A stretch of DNA of 64,000 nt from Marsupella aquatica. Lineage: Eukaryota; Plantae; Marchantiophyta. The stretch covers positions 19,208,754-19,272,753 of the forward strand of contig OZ316896.1 in NCBI GenBank assembly GCA_973895155.1, written 5' to 3'. Below, piece after piece: positions 26,184 to 36,479 of this stretch. The position numbers and the translations under genes were made by a program. How positions within the stretch are numbered: the first letter of the stretch is position 1; each line of letters starts with the position of its first letter. The notes under the pieces are model-generated. The model worked only from the letters and a program-made list of their open reading frames with translations. It searched no databases and had not been told where the DNA came from.

Positions 26184-26736
26184 TGTTGAGCATAGACGAC
26201 ATTCGTAACAGCAAGCCCATGAACCATCCAACGCACAATAGTCGACACAGAGAGATACGTGGTTCACCTCCACATGAGGTTACGTGCACGGGAACACACA
26301 AGAGCTTTACTGCACTCTAGGCCGACCGGCCATACCAAGCATCCACAGCACAAGCTCTCCCTATCTCTCAACTAGCTCCATAACAATGAGCCTAAGTTCC
26401 ACCAGGGTCTGGCATCAGCCCTAGCTATATACACAATAGCACTACCGCTAACATTAGCTAAGTCCCTTGGGCCCTCAGTCTTAACTAATACGTGGAGGAC
26501 GTGCGAATGCTTGAAGGATAGTTTTTATTAATTTTGAACTAATAATTATAATTATTACCGGTAATAAGGAAAATTTTAATAGCAAAATAGAAATAACAAG
26601 GGGTAAACAGGAAAGGGCCTGATCGCAGGGGGTCCACTTCTTTTACATGGAGTGAGGGCCCAGGGGCTAAGTCCTAACCCAAGTTAGCCTAACTGTAGTT
26701 AGCTCATGAGTCACAAGACTAGAGCAATATCTAACA
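26184..26736 (-). repeat. Copia 5' LTR (553 bp, including MITE)
   Basis: tgttgagcatagacg...gcaatatctaaca, adjacent to the PBS. Confidence 0.95.
26465..26665. mobile_element. 201-bp MITE with 13-bp TIRs and 8-bp TSD (hAT-like TSD length)
   Basis: TIRs ccttgggccctca / tgagggcccaggg (1 mismatch). TSD GCTAAGTC at 26457-26464 and 26666-26673. The other LTR has a single GCTAAGTC (empty site). Confidence 0.88.
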
Positions 26737-28811
26737 GATGAGCGTCCTAAGAAGGACCCTATTGTGATCGAAGTGTAGGGTCGAGCACCTGTAGAATTTC
26801 TCGCTGAAGACCCACAGTTTCAGAAGACCCTTTCCGAGGGTGGTTCTAATTCGAGCGCTGCTGTGGATAAATGGGCAGTCAACCGCTTGACTCGATTTCG
26901 AGAGTTCAGAGGATGGGATACGATAGTTGCATTTGAGGACCTCTCTTTGGCTGAATGTGCCTCAATTCTAATCAATTTTTTTGAGCAGATCTGTAGGAAG
27001 GACGACAGCTTGCATCCAACCCAAACATTAATGGGATTATACCGTGCATTCCATCGAGTATTGAGGCACTGACAGGAAGTGCAAATTGTCCAGATAGGGA
27101 AGGACGAGCCCATATTTCATATGCGCGAGAGTCCTTTGTTTAAGCAAGTTGGCATTGCTTGCGTGTTAGCCATGGAACGCTCAAGATCTAATGGTGCTAA
27201 TTTGCCTCGCAAAAAGGTATCTGTCATCTCGTTGGCTGATGAGTCCACCATTTTGTCTCACCCTTGCACAACCACTATTCATCCTCGTGGCCTGCAACGC
27301 CGTGTAGTGTATTTCCTTCTATTTCGATTTGCCATTCGTGGAGGCAACAAGTTACATCGATTGGCAAAGACAGACTTCGAAATTGGCTGCAATGAGAATG
27401 GACCATTTGTAAAATACGATGAGCGTCTATCCAAGAACTACAAAGTTGGTCTCGGTCGGTATCAGGATGAGCATTTTTGTCCTGCTGTAACCAGCTACGA
27501 CACTTCCATGGTTGAAACTATTCAGAGTTTGATTTCTTACTTGCCTGCTGCTGGCATATTTCTTTTTTATCAATGCATTGATAGTCCCCGCACTCATGCA
27601 TGGTACTCGACCCAGCGTGCATCTATGAAGAAGTTGAGTGGCATTCTGAAGGAAATACATAGGGAATGTGGTTTGGTTATAGACGGTGTCACTAACAAAT
27701 CTGGTAGGACCACATCATGTGTTACTCGTATGGCGACTGAAGGCATTCCTGCAGAAGTTGGGATGATAATTACAGGCCATAAGAGCCAAGGTGCCTACTC
27801 TTGATATGATCGCAACATAGAGTCGAAGGTCATAGCGGCCCAGAAATGCGCCAGTGGTTCATCTAGTTTTGAAGCAAACTTTCATAAGGAGACAGAACGC
27901 TTCAAGCAGAAGGTGGTGAATGGAGATGATGACGATGGCTCGCCTAACAAGTTATGGAAGAAGGGAGATGAAGGTACTCTTGTGCTATTTTTGTCATGTT
28001 GATCGGGATGTCGATCTGCAGCCTTTTGAATATCTGCAACCTTACTAATTTGTGTAATTTTTCTGCTGATGCAGATATGGCTCCCGCTGTTGGGTACATC
28101 CCTCCAACAGCAGGTCTAGGAGTGCAAGAGACTCCTGCAATGATCGAGAGCCCTACCACAACTGAGGCGACGACTGCTCTTAATGAGATGGTTCCTATGG
28201 TGATTGAGTTGACTCCCATGATTGAGAGCGAATTATCTTGTGAAGTGAGTGCAGATGGTAAGGTCGACTGGAAGGATGACGGTTGGGTCGACGACTACAA
28301 CTGGGATGAGCATTTTGAGAATTTTCGGCCCAGCTCTGTTGTTGTGAATCCTGTTCAGGCACTTTTTACAAAAGTTCAATCGATCACCAACTGCACTATT
28401 TCAATTTCTATTGGAAAGCTGGGGAACTAATGTCGTAGTTACTTGTAGATTGATTGTAGTAAGCTGGCCTGCATGGCACTCTTGCTCAGTAGTTAGGACG
28501 TGCGTTAGACGAAGATATTAGAGACAGTAGATACTAGTATTGCCTGCACATGGTTTTGTCATACAAACCACATAGTGTTCACGGGAATTGGTCAGATGAC
28601 CCTTATTGATGTAATTTTTTCAATTGTTCTCAATAAAGTTTCACTCTCCACCGCGGGAGTTTTCATTTTTCAAAAAAAGTTATATCAACCATACGTGAAC
28701 CGTATAAAACTAAGGTATAAAATAATGAGATATCTTTCACCCAAAAAGTGCTAACGTGGCAGCAGCCTAAAGCCCCCCAAAACATTACAACCATCCGATG
28801 ACCTTAACGAT

Positions 28812-29250
28812 GTTGGAACACCTACATTTTTCGTTGGATTGGCAACCGGACGGGTACGAAAATATGGATTTCGTAGAGGATTGGCCACCGGACGGGTACG
28901 AAGATATGGATTTCGTAGAGGATTGGCAACCGGACGGGTACGAACATATGGATTTCGTAGAGCTAGTTGAGTAGTAGCCAAGGTTCAGGGACCAAATAAT
29001 GCCAACTCCATGGCAACTAGGCGCTAAAAATTCCCCACGCTTGACCCCATAGATGTAACGAGGTCCTAATAATGAAGATATGGATATCGTAGAGGATTGG
29101 CAACCGGATCGGTACGAAGATATGGATTTCGTAGAGCTCGTTGAGTAGTAGCCAAGGTTCAGGGACCAAATAATGCAACTGCCTGGCAACTATGCGCTAA
29201 AAATTCCCCAAGCTTGACCCCATAGATTTAACGAGGTCCTAAAAATGCCG
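28812..29250. repeat. Unit B expanded: 42-bp tandem repeats x3 plus ~175-bp duplication
   Basis: ggattggcaaccggacgggtacgaagatatggatttcgtaga at 28836, 28878, 28920 and ~29094. Diverged ggatttcgtagag copies at ~29480 and ~30525. Confidence 0.9.
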
Positions 29251-29779
29251 CGGGCTAGATTCATTCACGTGTAAGCGCCCCGAACAACGAGAAAGGCCAG
29301 AGTATGACCACCGCGCATAGTATGACTATTATTGAGCTCCACTCCTGGACTGTCCCTACAGTAGGTGTACTGAAAGAGCTGTCTGGCTTGAGTGGTGTCT
29401 CTTCCCACCGGACAACGTTGGAATACTTACTCTTTTCGTTGGATTGGAACCCGACGGGCAGGCAAGTAATGAAGATAAGGATTTCGTAGAGCTTATTGGA
29501 GACCGGTCTACCGATGTAATGGATGGAAACCGACGGCTGAATAAATTAAAACCCTGGGATTTTGTCCGGAGTTTGGTTTATCCGATAGAGACCGACGGCT
29601 GGATAGATGAAAAAAATGGGATTTCGTGTGGAGCTCTGATGTATTGTATGGAAACCCACGGCTGGATAGGGAAAAAAAAAAGGGGATTTAGGTGGAGCTC
29701 GTTGCAGGGTGGTCTCCCCGTCCTCCGAGGAACGTGTCGCAGAATCGGATGCGCACCTGATGATGGTAACGATGCCTGA

Positions 29780-30013
29780 TTGCCTCGGGCAAATTCAATA
29801 AGGCATAATTCAATAGCTCCAGGTTTTGCCTTATCGAATGAATTGAATGAACGCACCTTGCCTGGGGCAAATTCAATAAGGCATAATTCAATAGCTCCAG
29901 GTTTTGCCTTATCGAATGAATTGAATGAACGCACCTTGCCTGGGGCAAATTCAATAAGGCATAATTCAATAGCTCCAGGTTTTGCCTTATCGAATGAATT
30001 GAATGAACGCACC
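29780..30013. repeat. Three near-identical 78-bp tandem repeats, each with an internal 13-bp inverted repeat
   Basis: Unit ttgcctggggcaa-attcaataaggca-21 nt-tgccttatcgaat-gaattgaatgaacgcacc; period 78. Confidence 0.95.
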
Positions 30014-31482
30014 TCCAGCAATGAGAAAGGCCATAAGTATTACCAGCACGCGTAACGTGACTATTGAGGTGCACTCCTGGAGCGTCATTTCCGTAGGCGT
30101 CCTGAAAAGCTGTGAACAGCTCCAGTGGTGGATCCCTGCCAGCGGCACCCGAGGCTGATCGAGCCCATTTCCGAGATGCAATGCTTGGACGACGTACGCT
30201 CGATGCCGGGATGAGTCGGGACACAGTTTCCTGACGTAGTGTGCACAGCGCACTGTGCGTGATTCACGCATGTTTAGGAGGGGATGAAAAGATCTCCGGA
30301 GTTGTATAGGCTCCTGCAAAGATTGTCCGGGGATGTGCGGGCTTGCCATCTATCTGCCCATCACAAGTGGAGATGCGAAGTCAAGACCCGCACTGAAGTC
30401 GGAAAGTCGCACGATGTCTGATCGGAAGTATCCTCCTCGTGGTACCGTGGCGAAGCACCACCGCGCTGGAACGCCTACACTTTTGGTTGGACTGGAAACC
30501 GACTGCTGGACAGGTATGAAGATTGGGATTTCGTAGAGTTCCATGGAGGCAGCTCTCACCGATGATTTGAAAACTAATCATTACGAATCGGCAACATTTT
30601 GAAAGAGTTTTAAATTGGAAATTTAATTGAATTGTGAGCAATATTGGCAGACTTTTGTATCGATTTCAAAAGGTCTAGGCGAATTAATTGGAGCTAATTC
30701 GTCTTATCGAACAGGAGCAATGGAAGAGTGGGTTCCTCTTCGTAGGACAGTGAGACTGACAGCGAAGAGGCTGAAGAGGCATCTGATGCACACTCAAGTT
30801 AGCAGCTACATGGTAAACAAGTCTTGGCGATATGGCGACCTAGACATCTATTATGTCTTCTTCTGCATACTGTTATGGTGCGATTTTAATGACTTGATCA
30901 TTCCATGTTTGAACAGATAGTGGTAAAACGTTTCCTTCTATCAACACATTTCATGCTTGGGTAGCATTCCCTTCGGTGCTGTGAAGACAATCCAAATTGG
31001 TTTAAAAGCGAATCATGCAAACCAACTTTGAGATTCTTCCCAGTCAACTGCTGTGAGTCATATGCCATATTTGCAACGAGGCGCCAGACGACTAGGATGC
31101 GAGCCTAGCACAAAACTGCTTATACATATGGGCAATATGACAGGGAGCTTGCATGCTAAAGACAGCCTTTGATGGTCGAAGACCAAGAAACAGATGATAG
31201 ATGTAATCTCTGTAGACAATTGATAATGCCGAGAGTACAAAGCATGAACTAGGATACCCCTCGAGTATCAGCACCATCTTGTACTTCCATAATCTTGTCA
31301 GCCAACCGTAGAATTACGATATTGCACTCCCATTTGCACTTTCGGATTCAAAGAGCGCATCACATCTCGGCCACCCCCTCTTCACTACCGTTACTCGACC
31401 AGAACCTTGTTCGTTATTTTTGTCAAGAAAAAATTGGATGCCCTTGACATACTGCGCAGGATAAAAACCAAGGAACCGCCAC

Positions 31483-33565
31483 AGTATGAGCTAAATGCAA
31501 GAATTATATAGGTGTGTAGTAGACTATACTGTTGTACCCGTTGTGAGATAATTTGCAATGTTGGCGCCCTCATGGACATTCTTGCCAGCTCAAGATGCAA
31601 TTTTAGCCTGTTGTTGTTTCAGCAAGAAGTCCCTGAAGATCTGTCCTTCATTGGCACCAAGTCTGGGAATAACATGGCCAGCTGGATGGCTGATAACAAC
31701 AGGATCTTTGAATACTTGGGCTAACGATTCACCGTGTGGCCTCGTTAAGTCCTTCTCACCCAAGAAATGTACCGAAGGACAATTGATGTTGCCTTCGTAG
31801 GCAGGGAGGAAGTATTTTGCTAGACCTCGACCACCTCCAACCACAATCACGAACTTAATGTTTGGCATCTTCAGCCCCAAATCCTTTTCACTGAGGCCAA
31901 TCCAAGCAGCTACCAGATATGCTCCCTGCGAATAGCCGAGGAGACCATCGAAGGGTCCGTGCAACGAGAGGTAATCAGAGAAATGCGATGTTGCTTCGTC
32001 CAGGCCACTGACCTCTGTGTAGTCTGGACTGTCTTGATACCACTCATAGTATGGGCCGTCAAATTTGTGCCTCACGCCAGCCTTTCCCCGCGCAGGCCAT
32101 GGAGCATCCATGAAAACCAATTCAGCAATGTCGTCAATGAGCGGAGCCCACTTGGCGAGCTGAACCTGTTGAGCCATGATGTTGCCGCTGGTCCTGAAAC
32201 CGTGGAGGCATAAGAGTCGCAACTTCTTGGAGGGATCCACCTTCTCACCGTTCGCTACTGATTCAGCATTGTCCTTCTCGACTGGTGAGGTTCCATTTGT
32301 TTGCGTTGCCATCTCTCTCGCCTTGCCTTCTCTTTTCTCTTCTCTTTTGCCTTGCTCTTAACCGCTCTCCTCTGCTCTATTGTTCTCCTTTGTTTTCTGT
32401 GTTCTGTTTTGTTCTGCTCTGCACTGCAATGACTATGGCGGAGTCACTTGCGCATTCTTCCAACCGTAAAGTTTGCACACGCGTTTTGCAGGAGTCTATG
32501 CACAATAAACCCAGGTCTCTAGATCTCTCAAGACAGGAAACAGTCTAGAGCGGTCAGGGAAAGGCTTCCTCTCGCCCAAAATCTATGAGCTGGTTCCTTG
32601 CGGTAGCCAGTGCAAATGTGTCAACACTCTCCGTCAAAGACTGCAAGCAACACCTCCATTTCCAATATCTTCCGTGGCACGGTGTGGGATCTGTAATTCG
32701 GTGGGGAGAGTTTAAATAGACCATCCGCTGTGTGGTGCTGGATGCATTACGGTACACAATGTCTGCAGTCAAGCAGATGAGAAGAGAAAGCAAAAGCAAA
32801 CTTATACTGTAGACGTCTCTGTGCTCATTCGAGATCAGGGACATGCTTTCCTTGCTCTTGCCCAGAATCTATCAGCTGCGGTCGGTCCAAGACTCTGTAG
32901 ATTTGAGTGCGGATTATTGTCCATCATGAAGTCAAAAAGATGAGAAGAGAAATTGAGAGAAAGGTAGAAGTCTTCAAATCAGCTGCGGTCGAGAAGAGAA
33001 ATTGACAGAAAGGTAGAAATCTTAAAATCAGCTGCGGTCGGTCCAAGACTCTGTAGATTTGAGTCCGGATTATTATCCATCATGAACTCATAAAGATGAG
33101 AGGAGAAATTGAGAGAAAGGTAGAAGTCTTAAAAGCCACTTGGAGTCTGAAAATGCACCAAAAATATAGAAGTGAACAATAATCAGAAGTATTAAAAATG
33201 CACTAAGAATATAAAAGTCAACAAAAATAAACAAGAAATTAAAACACAGTTGGTAACTTAGTGACAACAGTCACCTGGCTATCAAAATTTTTGTTGGTTT
33301 ACATCATACAACAACTCTTTGTGCATGCGTGGAATTTCATGTTTTGTTGCTCTTCAATTTTACTGCGGAAGTTCCCAAAGAGCCTTTAGCTTTATCCCAA
33401 AGAGTCTTTAGCTTTATCGCTGCAAGGGGAACTGTAGGTCTTCTGACATTGTTGCTTTTGGACTCCTTTTCTCCACTAGATTGAGCTCCTTTACCATCTT
33501 TTTGGCCTTGATGGTCTCCCGAAGGACCTTTTTGGCCTTTATTATGTCTTTTTGGCTCTCTAAAA
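31483..33565 (-). repeat. Arm B of inverted segmental duplication
   Basis: Reverse complement of 5950-7933 joined to 11031-11108. Has an internal local duplication at ~32870-33130. Confidence 0.9.
31590..32312 (-). CDS. Serine hydrolase, FSH1/OVCA2 family, copy 2, intronless
   Basis: 240 aa, about 89% identical to copy 1 by manual count. GYSQG, GEKD and GHVIP triad intact. Confidence 0.93.
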   Translation of the reverse strand: MATQTNGTSPVEKDNAESVANGEKVDPSKKLRLLCLHGFRTSGNIMAQQVQLAKWAPLIDDIAELVFMDAPWPARGKAGVRHKFDGPYYEWYQDSPDYTEVSGLDEATSHFSDYLSLHGPFDGLLGYSQGAYLVAAWIGLSEKDLGLKMPNIKFVIVVGGGRGLAKYFLPAYEGNINCPSVHFLGEKDLTRPHGESLAQVFKDPVVISHPAGHVIPRLGANEGQIFRDFLLKQQQAKIAS

Positions 33566-33589
33566 GCGTCAATAATATTGTTAACAAAG

Positions 33590-33735
33590 TTAAAAGTGGC
33601 TATATTGTCCTCCCACAACTTCTGGGTGGGACACAAAGGACAAAACGCTCACTGGTTTTGAGGTTCGAACCCGGATGTTATGAGACTGCATGAACCCTTC
33701 CAAGAGTAGCTCTACCCTCAGTCATTGAGAGTTCT
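33590..33735 (-). mobile_element. Possible tRNA-derived SINE head
   Basis: Minus strand has A-box-like TGACTGAGGGTAGAGC, then B-box GGGTTCGAACC about 40 nt later. No cloverleaf or TSD established. Confidence 0.3.
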
Positions 33736-34122
33736 TATGACTTTGCACTGTTATAGATTTTGCAAGCAGTGAACCAGATGGTAGATTCGAAAGAGAAGAA
33801 CGGCCAAGCCTAGAGTACGAAAGAGAATGATCGGGATGAACCGCACATCCAAAGGAGCTAGTCGTAGACCCAACCAGGGTTTTGGCGAATCAGGGTTTTG
33901 ATGAATCATTACGGTTGCTATCTTCTGGTTCACTTCCTCAATGATGGGGTTTATCATACAGTTCTCAAATTCACCTTCTGCATTACTCTTTCCTGGGCTT
34001 TAACTTAACATTTCTTAGTTTCAGGCTAGGAATAACTTCCCGAGTTGAAAACCCTGATAATATTTCTACGCAAGCATCAGAGATTTAGCCATTCGTGATT
34101 TCGTGACCTAAACTTTCTTCAC

Positions 34123-34187
34123 AGATTACATTCATACAGTACTGGCCGTTTTGTTGGGATAGGCCAGTACTGTATGAATGCAGATCT
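34123..34187. ncRNA. Perfect 19-bp hairpin, candidate pre-miRNA or small foldback
   Basis: cattcatacagtactggcc (34129-34147), 14-nt loop, ggccagtactgtatgaatg (34162-34180); agat/atct extends the stem beyond a bulge. The RNA function is inference only. Confidence 0.35.
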
Positions 34188-34779
34188 CACTCTGCTACCG
34201 CTCATTCAACAAGACATCTGCGCTCCTCATCTTATACAAATAATTCAATATCTGCTTTCGTGCCTAGAGAGTCTCTCGTGCAAGAGAAAACAGTCCGCTT
34301 GCTGATCGAGCGCAAACTACAGTTGGAAAACTCCTCATCATGGAACGTATGAGACCAATAGTTGCATCGCCGTAGAATTGGGTAGCAGCCAACCATTCAG
34401 TCTACGCTACGTATTCACGGACGGAAGATCAGAAGGCTGGGAGGAGTTTCTATGCAACGGGAAAGATAGTGTATGATAGTGCGAAGTCCCCAACGAGAAA
34501 GTGTCTCACTCAGGCAAGTGGGTATTCTAAATGTTACAATCCCCTTTCCGATCGATCCCTACAGCCAGATACAATAGTTGATGCAGCGAAAAGCAAATGA
34601 GAGTCGAATGATGGTGCTGTGGGAACGTCGGCCCCTACAGAGGGCAACCGGACAAACGAGGAAAGAGAATGCTCGAACTTTTCCTTACTTTGCGTCTGCA
34701 TCGTCATGGATATCAACTCCAAGCCTTGGCAGTACCTTCCACAAGTGTGGCCTCCTTCCGTTGATCCTCGATGTTATGA

Positions 34780-35990
34780 CCCTCCACCAACTTTGCAGCA
34801 TGCATTGTTTCTCACGGGATCCATGACAGAAAATCCCCATCTGGACAAGAATTGCCTCTCACGGAATAGAATGCGATCCCATCAGAATCGAGAGCAGGAA
34901 ACGATTCGCACAGAACAGAAAGTAATTCCACCGAGAATAAGAATCGCCTCACAGAGCAGAAACCGGACCTCCACCAACTTTGCAGCGTGCATTGTTTCTC
35001 ACCGGATTGCTCTCTATTCCATGACAGACAGTCCCCATCTGGAACAAGAATTGCCTCTCACGGAGTAGAATGTAATCCCATCAGAATCAAGAACAGGAAT
35101 CGACTCTCACAGAGCAAAAAGCGGACCTCCACCAACTTTGCAGCGTGCATTGTTTCTCACTGGAGTGCTCTCTATTCGATGACAGACAGTCCCCATCTGG
35201 AACAAGAATTGCCTCTCACGGAATAGAATGTAATCCCATCAGAAGCAAGAACAGGAATCGACTATCACAAAGCAGAAAGCAGACCTCCACCAACTTTGCA
35301 GCATGCATTGTTTCTCACTGGATCACTCTCTATTCCATGAGAGACAGTCCCCATCTGGAACAAGAAGTGCCTCTCACGGAGTAGAATGTAATCCCATCAG
35401 AATCAAGAAGAGATCGACTCTCACAGAACAGAAAGCAGTCCCACCGAGAACATGAATCGCCTCTCACAGAGCAGAAAGCGGACCTCCATCAACTTTGCAA
35501 CGTGCATTGTTTCTCACCGGATTGCTCTCCATTCCATGAAAGACAGTCCCCATCTGGAACAAGAATTGCCTCTCACGGAGTAGAATGTAATCCCATCAGA
35601 ATCAAGAAAAGATGAACTTTGTTTCTCACCGGATCGCTCTCTATTCCATGAGAGACAGTCCCCATCTGGAGAATGTAATCCCATCAGAATCAAGAAGAGA
35701 TAAAATTTGTTTCTCACAGGATCACTCTCTATTCCATGAGAGACAGTCCCCATCTGGAACAAGAATTGCCTCTCACAGAGTAGAATGTAATCGCATCAGA
35801 ATCAAGAAGAGATGAACTTTGTTTCTCACAGGATCGCTCTCCATTCCATGAGACAGTCCCCATCTGGAACAAGAATTACCTCTCACGGAATAGAATGTAC
35901 TCCTATCAGAATCGAGAATTGATCGACTCTCACAGAACAGAACGCAGTCTCACCGGGAACAAGAATCGCCTCTCACAGAGCAGAAAGCAG
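34780..35990. repeat. ~158-bp tandem satellite with longer and truncated variants
   Basis: ccaccaactttgcagc near 34784, 34971, 35129 and 35287. cagtccccatctggaacaagaattgcctctcac recurs about 8 times. Confidence 0.92.
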
Positions 35991-36479
35991 AATCGAGCAA
36001 AGATTGCGTATCTTGCTTTCGATTCCTCCTTTCTTTCCCAGTGAAGGTGATCAGTTCCCCGTAAGAAATGAACGCCCAAACACAATGAGACAACGCTCGG
36101 CACAAGGAGTACTAATACGATCAAGCTTTGAGCTTAACGAGCACGCTCAGTTCCTTGTTCAGAATACCGTACTCTAGAGCACGGGGCCGCATGCTTAATT
36201 TTTAATTTTTTTTCTAGCGGGAAGAAACTTCTAATCCTGAGCTGGCTCCTCGTCGACACACTCACTGCGCTACGCGTTGCAGTGGAGGACCACCGTTTAC
36301 ATCAGCCAACCGTTTACAGCACACAACCACCTCTTCCAGTCCATGAATCGACACTCCTTGAATGCTTGGCGTCCTCTGTGCACGGAATGATAGCGATCAC
36401 GATTGGGTCGGTGACTTAGATCACCCACAAAACGCGGATGGCCCACCCGTATCCCAAACTTCTGGAAGGTACCCTGTCA

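Larger units (their letters stand above)
19812..26736 (-). mobile_element. Full-length Ty1/Copia LTR retrotransposon (Tnt1-like), coding region inactivated
   Basis: LTRs 19812-20144 and 26184-26736 (TG...CA). TSD GATGA at 19807-19811 and 26737-26741. PBS TGGTATCAGAGC, purine tract GGGGAGTT before the 3' LTR, and gag-PR-IN-RT-RH order. Confidence 0.97.
19687..28430 (+). pseudogene. DUF3504/Crypton-type tyrosine recombinase; segments 19687-19811, 26742-27973 and 28075-28430 (570 aa, 4 in-frame stops)
   Basis: KWAVNRLTRF...LINFFEQICRKDD...TL...AFHRVL (N-terminal), FAIRGG (R), ERLSKN (K), WYSTQ, TNKSGR ([H/K]xxR), TGHKS (H), YS*YD (Y). The frame is continuous across the Copia site. GT-AG intron 27974-28074 with ctaat branch point. 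Confidence 0.8.
18820..28810 (+). mobile_element. Crypton-like tyrosine-recombinase DNA transposon (~3 kb), interrupted by a 6.9-kb Copia
   Basis: Single YR gene with no RT in the host part and no long TIRs or LTRs. Boundaries are inferred by comparison with the uninterrupted A-B junction at ~30455-30480. aataaa at ~28632. Confidence 0.65.

Noticed and set aside
26742-27973. DIRS retrotransposon or prophage integrase interpretation of the YR
   Set aside because: The adjacent RT belongs to a Copia with its own LTRs, DDE integrase and TSD. The YR has a spliceosomal-type intron and no phage genes nearby.
28812-30013. Repeat arrays near a recombinase resembling a CRISPR array
   Set aside because: Units are head-to-tail with no unique spacers of constant length, there are no cas genes, and the context is eukaryotic.
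33640-33735. tRNA gene suggested by GGTTCGAACC
   Set aside because: No acceptor or anticodon stems could be formed; kept only as a low-confidence SINE head.
34619-35815. Repetitive ORFs in the 158-bp satellite
   Set aside because: The period is not a multiple of 3 and frames shift between units, so these ORFs are by-products of the repeat.
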